From Kineococcus radiotolerans SRS30216 = ATCC BAA-149 (GTDB lineage Bacteria; Actinomycetota; Actinomycetes; Actinomycetales; Kineococcaceae): DNA of 32,000 nt. Each line of letters begins with the position of its first letter. The stretch's first letter is position 1. Below the pieces are notes generated by a model. That model saw nothing but the letters and a program-made list of their open reading frames with translations, was not told the DNA's origin and made no database searches. The stretch spans positions 1 through 32,000 of the forward strand of contig NC_009806.1 of assembly GCF_000017305.1 (NCBI RefSeq), read 5' to 3'. Positions 1-8,108 of this stretch are shown here, in pieces. Position numbers and translations under genes: made by a program.

Positions 1-63
1 TGGAAGAACTGCTTCTCGCTAATCCCCACCCTCAATGCGTCGACCATCTGTCACCATGCCCCC

Positions 64-393
64 ATGGCCACCCGCACCACCACCCAACTGACCGACGACA
101 TCGACGGCAGCCCCGCCAGCGAACGCCTCGTCTTAACCCTCGACGGCACCGATTACGAGATCGACCTCAGCAGCGACCACGCCCGCCAACTCCGTGCCGG
201 CCTCGACGTCTTCATCCAGCACGCCCGCCGCACCGGAGCTCAGACCATCGGACACCGCGACAACTACAAGCGCACGACACTGGCCCCCGACCACCGCATC
301 ATCCGCTCCTGGGCTCGTACCCACGGCCACCCCGTCACCGCCACCGGCCGCATCAGCCCCACCGTTCTGCGCGCCTACCAAGCTGCCCACTGA
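64..393 (+). CDS. lsr2: Lsr2-family nucleoid-associated (xenogeneic-silencer-like) protein
   Basis: 109 aa. The N-terminal dimerisation-type motif (TQLTDDIDGS...LTLDGTDYEIDLS) and the C-terminal DNA-binding region (IRSWARTHGHPVTATGRISPTVLRAYQAA) match the Lsr2 layout recalled from mycobacteria and Streptomyces. The AT-hook-like RGR is TGR here. Confidence 0.85.
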   Translation: MATRTTTQLTDDIDGSPASERLVLTLDGTDYEIDLSSDHARQLRAGLDVFIQHARRTGAQTIGHRDNYKRTTLAPDHRIIRSWARTHGHPVTATGRISPTVLRAYQAAH

Positions 394-741
394 CCCCCAC
401 CCCGCCCGCGCGCGCCGGCAAGGTCTACGAGCGCTGGGAGATTAGCCGGCTGCAAGTGAGTGACATGGTGACCAAGGTGAACGGTGAATGACGTAATCGA
501 TAGGCGATCGACGCTGGTGCCTTCGCCGATGCCACGGCGCAGTCCTCCCACACCCGGGAAGCGCCCACCAACACTCTCGCCATCCCCCCACACCCGTGCT
601 CTCAACGCACCGGTGTGGCAGGCTCAGCCCAGAGTGAAACGGAACAACCCCTCAGCCCGATGACGTTGCATCCACCGGGTACAAGGACACCCCGGTGAAC
701 CGGCAGCTGCAGCAGACATCTGAGCAGGCAGGAGTGACGAC

Positions 742-1299
742 GTGCCCCGCACCACCCGCGCCACGACCGCCGCTCGCATCAACCTGCGCATCAACGCACG
801 CCGCGCCACCACCGACGGCCTGACCTCCTTCGCCACCCTGGCGCTCCTGCCGCTGCTCGCGCCGGCCAAACCCGGCGAACGTGCTCTCCTCCTGCTCGCC
901 GCGGTGCCTGCCGCCGCGATCTTCGGCTACCTCGCCGGCTACGCCGCTGGCTCTGCCACCGACCTCAACGTCGCGCAGCAGAACCTCCAGCAGCGGGCCG
1001 CTCAGCTGCAGGCCGCCCACCGCAGCGCCTCCACCACCGCCCAGCCTTCTGCGCCGGTGATCAGACTCATCAGTGAGCCCATCCCCCCGTCAGGGTCCAG
1101 CTCACCCGTAGGCCGCGGCCACCTCGCCGGCCTCGCCCGACCCCCAGCCCAACAGCAGCACGAGCAGCAGCACGGGCTTCACCTGGTGCCCACCCCCACC
1201 CGCGAAGCCACCTCGCCGGCCGCCGAAGCCCCCACCAGCGGGACCGGCAACAGCAGCCCCCACCTCAGCCTCATCATCACCCAGCACCCCGCCAGCTGA
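742..1299 (+). CDS. hypothetical membrane protein (two predicted TM helices, Q/P/S-rich tail)
   Basis: GTG start with GGAG 7 nt upstream. Hydrophobic stretches LTSFATLALLPLLAP and ALLLLAAVPAAAIFGYLAGYAAG. No recognisable family. Confidence 0.45.
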   Translation: MPRTTRATTAARINLRINARRATTDGLTSFATLALLPLLAPAKPGERALLLLAAVPAAAIFGYLAGYAAGSATDLNVAQQNLQQRAAQLQAAHRSASTTAQPSAPVIRLISEPIPPSGSSSPVGRGHLAGLARPPAQQQHEQQHGLHLVPTPTREATSPAAEAPTSGTGNSSPHLSLIITQHPAS

Positions 1300-1485
1300 C
1301 AGACCAGCGCGGCTCAAGCACTCCCCTCAAGCGAGCAACACCACCCCTGACCGTCCCACCGGTCGCCTCACCAGGCCCGCCGCGCTCAGCAGGGCACCGA
1401 GGCCGCAGACACAGACTCACGGGCAAAGCCCCAGACCCGGCCCACCAAGCAGCAGGGCCGCCCGCACCTCCCCCCAGCGCCCTCA

Positions 1486-1586
1486 CTGCACCCCACCCCC
1501 AGGCTCCCCACCCCCAGGCTCCCCACCCCCAGGCTCCCCACCCCCAGGCTCCCCACCCCCGGACTCCCCACCCCCGGACTCCCCAC
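1486..1586. repeat. 15-bp C-rich tandem repeat: ccccaggctccccac x4, then ccccggactccccac x2, plus a partial leading unit
   Basis: Read directly. Full units at 1497-1511, 1512-1526, 1527-1541, 1542-1556, 1557-1571 and 1572-1586. The array ends 13 nt before the ATG at 1600. Confidence 0.95.
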
Positions 1587-1599
1587 CCAAGGACCCGCC

Positions 1600-1947
1600 A
1601 TGACCCAGACCCCCACCCACCAGCGCGCAAGCGCCGACACCAGCGCCGACACCAGCGCTCATGTCAGTGCCGGCGTCACCGCCCTCAGTGGCGCCACACC
1701 CGAGGATGAAGACCCCGCCACCCGCGCCGCCCGCGCCCGCCACACCAACACCCAACGCGCCGCCTACGCCGCCCAAGCCCTGCAGCACCACACCCGCGCC
1801 AGCCACAGCCACGCCGAAGACCTGCAGCAAGCCCTCGTAGAGCTGCTCACCGACCTGCACCACCTCTGCCACACCTGCGACCTCGACCTCGCCCCCCTCT
1901 ACCAAGCCGCCACCCTCGTCTACGACCGCGAAGCCCACGCCGCCTGA
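1600..1947 (+). CDS. hypothetical small protein (mobile-element-type orphan)
   Basis: 115 aa, ATG with aagga 6 nt upstream. The C-terminal helix pattern (LVELLTDLHHLCHTCDLDLAPLYQAATLVYDRE) resembles small orphan proteins seen on actinobacterial plasmids and phages, recalled from memory only. ADTSADTS comes from a 12-nt duplication. Confidence 0.5.
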   Translation: MTQTPTHQRASADTSADTSAHVSAGVTALSGATPEDEDPATRAARARHTNTQRAAYAAQALQHHTRASHSHAEDLQQALVELLTDLHHLCHTCDLDLAPLYQAATLVYDREAHAA

Positions 1948-2229
1948 CCGGCCCCCTTTGCAACCAGACCATGCTGCCGCTGGCTGCAGACCACACAGCT
2001 GCTCATGAGGACGGGTCTGTCAGGACGTTCAGCACCCACCTCATGCACTCACCCACCACCGCTCGCAGCACCGCCAGCAGGACTGGCAGCCGCCAGCTTC
2101 TACCGGTGGAGGCAGGCGCCGGCTGACCGCTCGGCTGCCCTGCTCGTCGGACATCGGGACCCTCATGACTACTCATGACTCCAGCCTCAAGGCGCTTGAA
2201 GGGGGCTGGCTAAGTCTCGATGTCACACA

Positions 2230-3966
2230 TTGGCGCTGATGGCGCATGATGGCCTCGTGGGTCGCACCCCGGAGACCAACATCCGCCTCCCCGCCGGCGC
2301 GGTGACAGCCCTCAACTCGCTCGCCGCCCATCGTGATCAGGGTCAGGCCGCCACCCTCCGTGAGCTGCTCAGCGACTACGTCGACCGCCAGCAGGCCGTC
2401 CCGGCCCAGGACCGGCGCGCGCATATCTCGACCGTCCTGCGCTACCCCTCCCGCAGCCACCGCCACCCCAGCAGCCTTGACGACGACGTCACGACACGGC
2501 AGATCCGCATCCGTGCTGATGCTGACCTCGTGGAACGGGCGCGATCGCTAGCCCTACGCCTTCCCGGCCAGCCTGAGCGGCGGGGGCAGCGCGACTACCA
2601 AGCCCGCACTCTGACCGATGCCGTTATGACGGCTATCGCCTTCCACGCCACGATCAAAGACGACTTCCTGCATGGGCTGCTCCCCTTAGTCCGCCACGGC
2701 GCAGCGCATGGTCTGTGGCGACTAACCATCGCCGCCACCCTGACCCGCGCCGAGAAGGAGGCGCAAGCAGATGCGGAGACCGACGATCTTGCCGCCCAGG
2801 TCGCTTGGCACCTGGAGAACATGGACGTCGCCTGGCACCACTACAGCCGCGTCCGAGCCACCCGCAACCTGGCTAGAGTCCTGCTGCACGGTCCGAATGC
2901 GTGCGCGAATGAGCAGGACCTCTATGCGCAGGTTGCCGGGGGATGGTGGGAACGGGCTTTGGCCGACCTCGCCGATTCAAGTAAGCACGATGAGCATGAG
3001 CTTCTGGAGCTCTTCCCGTCCGAGAGCGATGAGTGGGGTACAGCCGGCATGGAGGGCCGCGGTGGCACCGCCGTCTGGCGAGCGCGACGCTTGAGCACCC
3101 TCGCTACCGTCGCCGGCTGGCTCTCCGATCTCGAAGCTCCACTCCTCCTGATGCAGCCCCCCGGCTGGACCCTTGCCGCCCCGCCCAACTGGCGGGCTAT
3201 GGTCACCGCTCCATCCAGAGCGATTCCTCACCCGTGGGTCAGCCTGGTTGAGGAACGTCGAGTTCTGGCGCTACGGCGCGGCAGCCAATGGGTCATTTGG
3301 CCTCTCACCCCCGCAGGCAAACCCGTCGAAGGTGTCCAATCCGCTCTGCATGGACTACAGACCGGCGAAGTTTCGCGGCGCCACAGTGACGAGGAGCTCG
3401 CTGAGGCACTGCTCGTTCACGCCGGTGAGGATTTTATCGCTCCTCTGTACGTTCCCGTCCTACGAGCTCAAGCGGCCGGCTTTCTCACACCTGAGGAAGC
3501 CACGCGCATACAGTTGGAGGCGCGTAACGCTACGCAGGCGAGGATGCGTGCCGTCCTAACTTCTGGTCATCCCCAGCTCACCCCAGCGGTGGCGAAGCAA
3601 CTCCGCGGTCTACAGAACTCCCCGTACGCCTTTGCTGACGTGTGTGCCCGAAACCGCATCCCGTTCACCATCGAGTCAACCGCTCGGCTATGTCCACCTG
3701 TCTCCCTCGCGCAACTCATCGATAATGGCGCTTCCCCCGAGACCCTGCAGTGGATGGGTACTACCATGCTCCGCGCACGACTGCGGGGATTACGTCACTC
3801 CCAGCACGCCGCTTGGCTCGAGGCCCTCACCAAACCCGGTGAGGCCACCAGGAACCGGCGAAATACTCAACGGCTGCGCCGATCTCTCGAACTTGATGGC
3901 GACCCGGATCTCATCATTAAGCAAGACCCGGACCAGACGGCTGACGAGACACCAATACTTCCCTGA
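2230..3966 (+). CDS. large hypothetical protein with two N-terminal ribbon-helix-helix-like motifs
   Basis: 578-aa uninterrupted ORF. TTG at 2230; in-frame ATG at 2239. TNIRLPAGAVTALNSLAA...ATLRELLSDYV and RQIRIRADADLVERARSLALRL...RTLTDAVMTAIAF each fit a strand-helix-helix (CopG/MetJ-like) pattern. The remainder has no recognisable motif. Confidence 0.6.
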   Translation: MALMAHDGLVGRTPETNIRLPAGAVTALNSLAAHRDQGQAATLRELLSDYVDRQQAVPAQDRRAHISTVLRYPSRSHRHPSSLDDDVTTRQIRIRADADLVERARSLALRLPGQPERRGQRDYQARTLTDAVMTAIAFHATIKDDFLHGLLPLVRHGAAHGLWRLTIAATLTRAEKEAQADAETDDLAAQVAWHLENMDVAWHHYSRVRATRNLARVLLHGPNACANEQDLYAQVAGGWWERALADLADSSKHDEHELLELFPSESDEWGTAGMEGRGGTAVWRARRLSTLATVAGWLSDLEAPLLLMQPPGWTLAAPPNWRAMVTAPSRAIPHPWVSLVEERRVLALRRGSQWVIWPLTPAGKPVEGVQSALHGLQTGEVSRRHSDEELAEALLVHAGEDFIAPLYVPVLRAQAAGFLTPEEATRIQLEARNATQARMRAVLTSGHPQLTPAVAKQLRGLQNSPYAFADVCARNRIPFTIESTARLCPPVSLAQLIDNGASPETLQWMGTTMLRARLRGLRHSQHAAWLEALTKPGEATRNRRNTQRLRRSLELDGDPDLIIKQDPDQTADETPILP

Positions 3967-4085
3967 TGCAGCAGAATCCGCTCCTGCACGGCAACTCTGC
4001 TCCGCTTCCGCGAGCTCGACCTGGAGCAGCTGTCATGGCGGAGTATCCCGGGTCGTAGGTCGATCCGTAGGCGCCTGACCTCTGC

Positions 4086-5543
4086 ATGAGTGTTGAGCAC
4101 TATGCTCCCCTCATGTGGCGTAAGAAGCCGGAGCATGTCGACCTCAGCGCGGACATTGCGTTGACGACCACACTGCTCTCTCAGCCGCTGGACTGGCGGG
4201 TGCGCATCGTTGAGCACGTCGAGATTGACACCGCCACCAGTTGCCGGCGTCGTCGCTCCCTGCAGTCAGCTCCACTGCGTGATCTCCTGCCCGTGAGCGC
4301 CGCGAGTATCGCCGCCGGAGCCAAGACCGCATTGGTCGTACTGAACGTCGCCTCCGTGCCGCGTGGCGCTCTGCTCGACCTCGACCTCGACGGTCCCGAC
4401 GACGCGGCTGCCTTCCTGCTTCCGCGCGCTGAGATCGCCCGCCGAGAAGCTCACTACTTGCATGCCCTGGCCCACGATGCCGGTCTTTTTGTCGACGACA
4501 AGTTGCAGATCCTGTTGGAGACGATGCTGGCCTACACCACCAGCGCCTACTGGAACCTGTCCAGTGCGTCTAGCCTGTCAAAGCTGGCGCGTGCATACCT
4601 TAGTGACGGTTTCGCCGAGACGCTGCCCGAGGAGACCGTTCAGCGGTGGTTACGACTGGACAAGCAAATCGCTGCCGAACTGGCACCTTTGACCGAGCCG
4701 GGTCCCGGGCTGAGCCCGATGGAGCACCCACTGCTGTCCCTGCCCTTCCTACCCGGCATTGCCGACCCATCCCCTCACCGGCTGACCGATGTTGAAGACC
4801 TTCTGGTGAGGTACCTGCGGCTGCTTCAGGCCGCGGCGAGGGGCCGCCAGGGTAGCCGGGGTGGGGCCGCCCAAGAGCTGCTGGACTCATTGGCCGACTA
4901 CGGCCGTAACTACGACATGCTCGTGGCGACCACGGTGCCCCTGGACGAGCCTTTCATGATCAAATACTCAGAGCGACGCGACCTGCAGTTCTCCTGGTGG
5001 GACAACCGTGCACAGCAAGACCTTGTGGTCAGTGACGCACTCAGCAACCACGTCGTCTTGACCGTGGATGACCCCAACGTCCGCATCACTCCCGCCACGG
5101 CGGCTACCGCCGTGGGCCAGGACACGGACGCCTTGGGCGCCTTCACCACTCGCCGCAGCGCCCAGACCCACGCCATGTACGCCCACAACCTCGACCGCGA
5201 CTACAAGATCACCTTGCGGTTTCAGCTGGCTCCGCTGCGCCGGTTGCAGTACGTGATCTACCTGGTCTCGGTCCTGCTGCTGCTCCTGGCTATAGCGATC
5301 GCCTACGAGGCTCCCCACGAGCTGGCTGACCTAGCGCTGATCGTGGGCCCCAGCGCCTTGGCTGCCTCCGCCCTGCTCAACCGCGAGCCCAGCACGCTCG
5401 GATCCCACTTGCGCCGGCGCAGCACCACCGTGCTCAGCACAGCGTTGCTCATCCTGCTGATCGTGGGAGCGCTGTCCTACGTCTGGCCCTACCTGGTGTC
5501 CGACACCTGGGCACACCTCAGGCGTCCCTTCTGCGGCGCCTGA
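4086..5543 (+). CDS. hypothetical protein with C-terminal triple-TM anchor
   Basis: 485-aa ORF with ATG start. The soluble ~390-aa N-terminal part has no known motif. C-terminal hydrophobic helices: YVIYLVSVLLLLLAIAIAY, LALIVGPSALAASALL, VLSTALLILLIVGALSYVWPYL. Confidence 0.6.
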   Translation: MSVEHYAPLMWRKKPEHVDLSADIALTTTLLSQPLDWRVRIVEHVEIDTATSCRRRRSLQSAPLRDLLPVSAASIAAGAKTALVVLNVASVPRGALLDLDLDGPDDAAAFLLPRAEIARREAHYLHALAHDAGLFVDDKLQILLETMLAYTTSAYWNLSSASSLSKLARAYLSDGFAETLPEETVQRWLRLDKQIAAELAPLTEPGPGLSPMEHPLLSLPFLPGIADPSPHRLTDVEDLLVRYLRLLQAAARGRQGSRGGAAQELLDSLADYGRNYDMLVATTVPLDEPFMIKYSERRDLQFSWWDNRAQQDLVVSDALSNHVVLTVDDPNVRITPATAATAVGQDTDALGAFTTRRSAQTHAMYAHNLDRDYKITLRFQLAPLRRLQYVIYLVSVLLLLLAIAIAYEAPHELADLALIVGPSALAASALLNREPSTLGSHLRRRSTTVLSTALLILLIVGALSYVWPYLVSDTWAHLRRPFCGA

Positions 5544-5610
5544 CGAGCCTCACGTCCATCCTTGCCCCTGCCCCAGGCGCTAAAGTGGCTCAAGACCCTC
5601 AGGAGGAGTC

Positions 5611-5778
5611 ATGGCCAAGAACACCGGGCGGAGCTCGCGTGCTGGTGCGGTTGACAATCGCACCCAGGTGAAGGACGCCAGGGCGGGCATGTGGCTCAAG
5701 CGGGACACCACAACAGGCCGCTTCCTGCAGGCCAAGACCAGTGGTGGCTCCTTCAAAGGTGTCTCGAAGGGGAAGTGA
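5611..5778 (+). CDS. small basic hypothetical protein (55 aa), below the ORF-track size cutoff
   Basis: Translated by hand: MAKNTGRSSRAGAVDNRTQVKDARAGMWLKRDTTTGRFLQAKTSGGSFKGVSKGK, stop TGA at 5776-5778. Strong SD aggagg at 5601-5606, about 5 nt before the ATG. Co-directional with its neighbours. The listed antisense ORF 5580..5810 looks spurious. Confidence 0.55.
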   Translation: MAKNTGRSSRAGAVDNRTQVKDARAGMWLKRDTTTGRFLQAKTSGGSFKGVSKGK

Positions 5779-5859
5779 GTCCCTGTCGCGCTAGCCCCCT
5801 GGCGCCTCACCGCGGGTGATGATCACCGATCTGGCCTGACCGCAGCGGATCACCTGACA

Positions 5860-6714
5860 GTGGCGGTAGGTACCGATATCTTGCGCTCTGTGAGCGCCCC
5901 CCGCTACGACGCCGCCACTGTGGCCAAAGCACTCGGCGTCGGCACCGTGGACTTCCTCGGAGACGGAACCTTCGGCGACACCTGGCGAGCGGGTGATCGA
6001 GCCGTCAAGATCATCTGCGTCGATGGCTACCCTCCGGAGCGCGTTGCCCGCGAGGTCGACGGCTTGATGAGGGTGAGCAGCTCCCACGTCGTGCGCCTCT
6101 TCGAGGCAGGTCAGGTGGTGCTGGGCGGGCGCCCTCGTCCGGCGCTGCACTTCGAGTACGTCGACGGCGGCGACCTGCAGGGTCGCCTCGAGGCCGGTCA
6201 GCGTCCCACGCCGCAGCAGACCGAGGCGCTGCTGCGGGGTCTGCTCACCGGAGTGCGGGACCTGCACTCCGCCGACGGCACCGTGCACCGCGACATCAAG
6301 CCTTCGAACGTCGCTCTGCGCGGTGGCATGTGGGAACAGCCGGTCCTTCTCGACCTGGGCCTGGCGCGGTCGTCCACCGAGCAGACGGTGACGATCTACC
6401 CCTCTCTGGTGGGGACCACCATGTTCATGGCGCCCGAGCAGCTGCGGCAGGAGCGAGCCCGCAAGGCCGCTGACCTCTTCGCGGTGGGCGTCACCGTGCG
6501 AGCTCTCCTCAGCGGCCGCCACCCCTTCTACGACGACGGCGTCGACCTCACCTTCGACGAAGCACTGCAGAAGATCCAAGCGGGTCCCTTCCCCTTGCCG
6601 GCGGACCTACCCCAGCACGTGACCACCGTGCTCGACCTCCTGGTGAGCTACACGCCCAACCAGCGCGGCAGCGCCACCAGCAACCTGCGACGCCTGGAGG
6701 CGAACCCCGCGTGA
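5860..6714 (+). CDS. Hanks-type (eukaryotic-like) Ser/Thr protein kinase, kinase domain only
   Basis: Gly-loop GDGTFG, catalytic Lys in AVKII, HRDIKPSNV catalytic loop, DLG (DFG variant), MAPEQ (APE), DLFAVGV. No TM or sensor extension. The stop overlaps the next start (GTGA at 6711-6714). Confidence 0.85.
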   Translation: MAVGTDILRSVSAPRYDAATVAKALGVGTVDFLGDGTFGDTWRAGDRAVKIICVDGYPPERVAREVDGLMRVSSSHVVRLFEAGQVVLGGRPRPALHFEYVDGGDLQGRLEAGQRPTPQQTEALLRGLLTGVRDLHSADGTVHRDIKPSNVALRGGMWEQPVLLDLGLARSSTEQTVTIYPSLVGTTMFMAPEQLRQERARKAADLFAVGVTVRALLSGRHPFYDDGVDLTFDEALQKIQAGPFPLPADLPQHVTTVLDLLVSYTPNQRGSATSNLRRLEANPA

Positions 6715-8108
6715 GCACACCCCACGACTGGGACGACGAAGCCGGCTTCGAGGACGACGTCCTTCCCGACGCACCAGCCGATGAAGCCTTGGACCTACCC
6801 GAGGACGACCAGCCGCAGCAGCTGGCGCTGACCCCCGACGGCTCGGTGCTGACCCTGACCGGCCCTGGTGCGGGCACCGTGACCCGGCCGCCCCAGCCAA
6901 CCCGGCCAGTAACGACCACGCCCGCGAACCCCCAGCAGCAGGGAACGGTCCAGACGAGGCTCGCGACCCGCGATGAGGCCTTGGACGGGCAGGCCCCGCT
7001 GCTCCTGGTCCACCGGGCCTACCAGAAGGCACAGCTGCTGCCTCGCGTCCTGGGCAGCATCCTCGCCGCGACCGGCGGTCAGACCCGTCTCGGGGCCGTC
7101 ACCCCCCTGCCCCGCTCCACCAAGGACAGCAACACCACCTGGCTGGCCAGCTGCGCGGCGGCCTCGGTGCGCATCGCCGACCCGATGGGCTTCAAGCTCG
7201 ACCCCCGCATCATCCCCGGCGAGGCACCCTCACCCCGCAGCCTGGGCTGGTGGCCCTACCTCGCCAGTGACCCCCTCAACGTGGCCGACGTCCTCGACGC
7301 CCAACGTCAGGTGGGGGCAAACCTGCTTCTCTCGCCCGGACGTGGCATCGATCCCGGCGACCCGCAGACCAGCCTGGACAGGGCCTTCGCCGAAGCCGAT
7401 CAAGCACTGTCACGCCTGCAGAGCGGCGAGCGCCTGGGCTTGAACATCACGCTGCCACGTGCCTGGTTGAGCACGCCTGTGCTGCGGGACCGCCTCCTCG
7501 ATCAGCTGCTGGACCAGGAGCAGTTCGACATCTGGTACCTGCGGGTGCAGTGGCCCTCGACCCTGCGCTCCACCGAGCAGCCCGTCGAGGAGGCCATGCT
7601 GCAGGGCTACAAACGGCTGGCGCAGCTGGCCGCAGACGAGGAGCGCACGCTGCTGCTGCCCCAGACGGGGCTGACCGGGTGGCTGCAGCTCGGCTTCGGA
7701 GCGGCCGGCTTCGGCTCGGGCTTGCCCGGCTCAGACCAGGCGTTCAAGGAGCCGATGGGCGGTGGAGGCGGAGCGACACCCATCGAGCGGTACTTCGAGC
7801 CCACGCTGCTGCACTCGGTGGAGCGCACCGTGCACGACGTGCTACGCGCAGGGGCCGGCTACGTGCCGTGCGCCTGCCCCTACTGCCCCGCCCTGCACGC
7901 CGCACCCGACTGGCGACCAGAGCTCGCTGCCTTGCACCACCTGCACTGGATGGGGCGCCTAGCCGCTGACGCCTCCTCGACTGGACGCGGCGGTCCCGGT
8001 GGTGCGGTGCGTCGGACCGTGCGAAGCGCGATCAGTGCCGCGGCGAGCCAGCCGCTGGCCGGGTTGAGCCAGCCGCGGCACCTCGCAGTCTGGGATCGTC
8101 TCCTGTAG
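6711..8108 (+). CDS. hypothetical protein with TGT/DpdA-like motif pattern (putative TIM-barrel zinc protein) and an acidic/proline-rich disordered N-terminus
   Basis: 465 aa. IADPMGFKL (D157) resembles the TGT DSGGFQ motif. CACPYC (C387, C389, C392) followed by H409/H410/H412 resembles the TGT Zn site CxCxxC...H. The D-to-Cys spacing of 230 aa compares with ~216 aa in Z. mobilis TGT (recalled). CDS confidence is higher than the family call, which I put at about 0.4. Confidence 0.6.
   Translation: MSTPHDWDDEAGFEDDVLPDAPADEALDLPEDDQPQQLALTPDGSVLTLTGPGAGTVTRPPQPTRPVTTTPANPQQQGTVQTRLATRDEALDGQAPLLLVHRAYQKAQLLPRVLGSILAATGGQTRLGAVTPLPRSTKDSNTTWLASCAAASVRIADPMGFKLDPRIIPGEAPSPRSLGWWPYLASDPLNVADVLDAQRQVGANLLLSPGRGIDPGDPQTSLDRAFAEADQALSRLQSGERLGLNITLPRAWLSTPVLRDRLLDQLLDQEQFDIWYLRVQWPSTLRSTEQPVEEAMLQGYKRLAQLAADEERTLLLPQTGLTGWLQLGFGAAGFGSGLPGSDQAFKEPMGGGGGATPIERYFEPTLLHSVERTVHDVLRAGAGYVPCACPYCPALHAAPDWRPELAALHHLHWMGRLAADASSTGRGGPGGAVRRTVRSAISAAASQPLAGLSQPRHLAVWDRLL

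Noticed and set aside
1277-1630. Minus-strand ORF encoding a (GWGAW)n repeat protein across the 15-bp tandem array
   Set aside because: The repeat peptide is just the translation of the tandem DNA repeat. The rest of the ORF is R/G-rich, with no start context and no signal or domain logic. It is treated as non-coding repeat DNA.
5580-5810. 76-aa minus-strand ORF
   Set aside because: It is antisense to a plus-strand 55-aa ORF that has a near-perfect SD and fits the co-directional gene array. The minus ORF has no start context.
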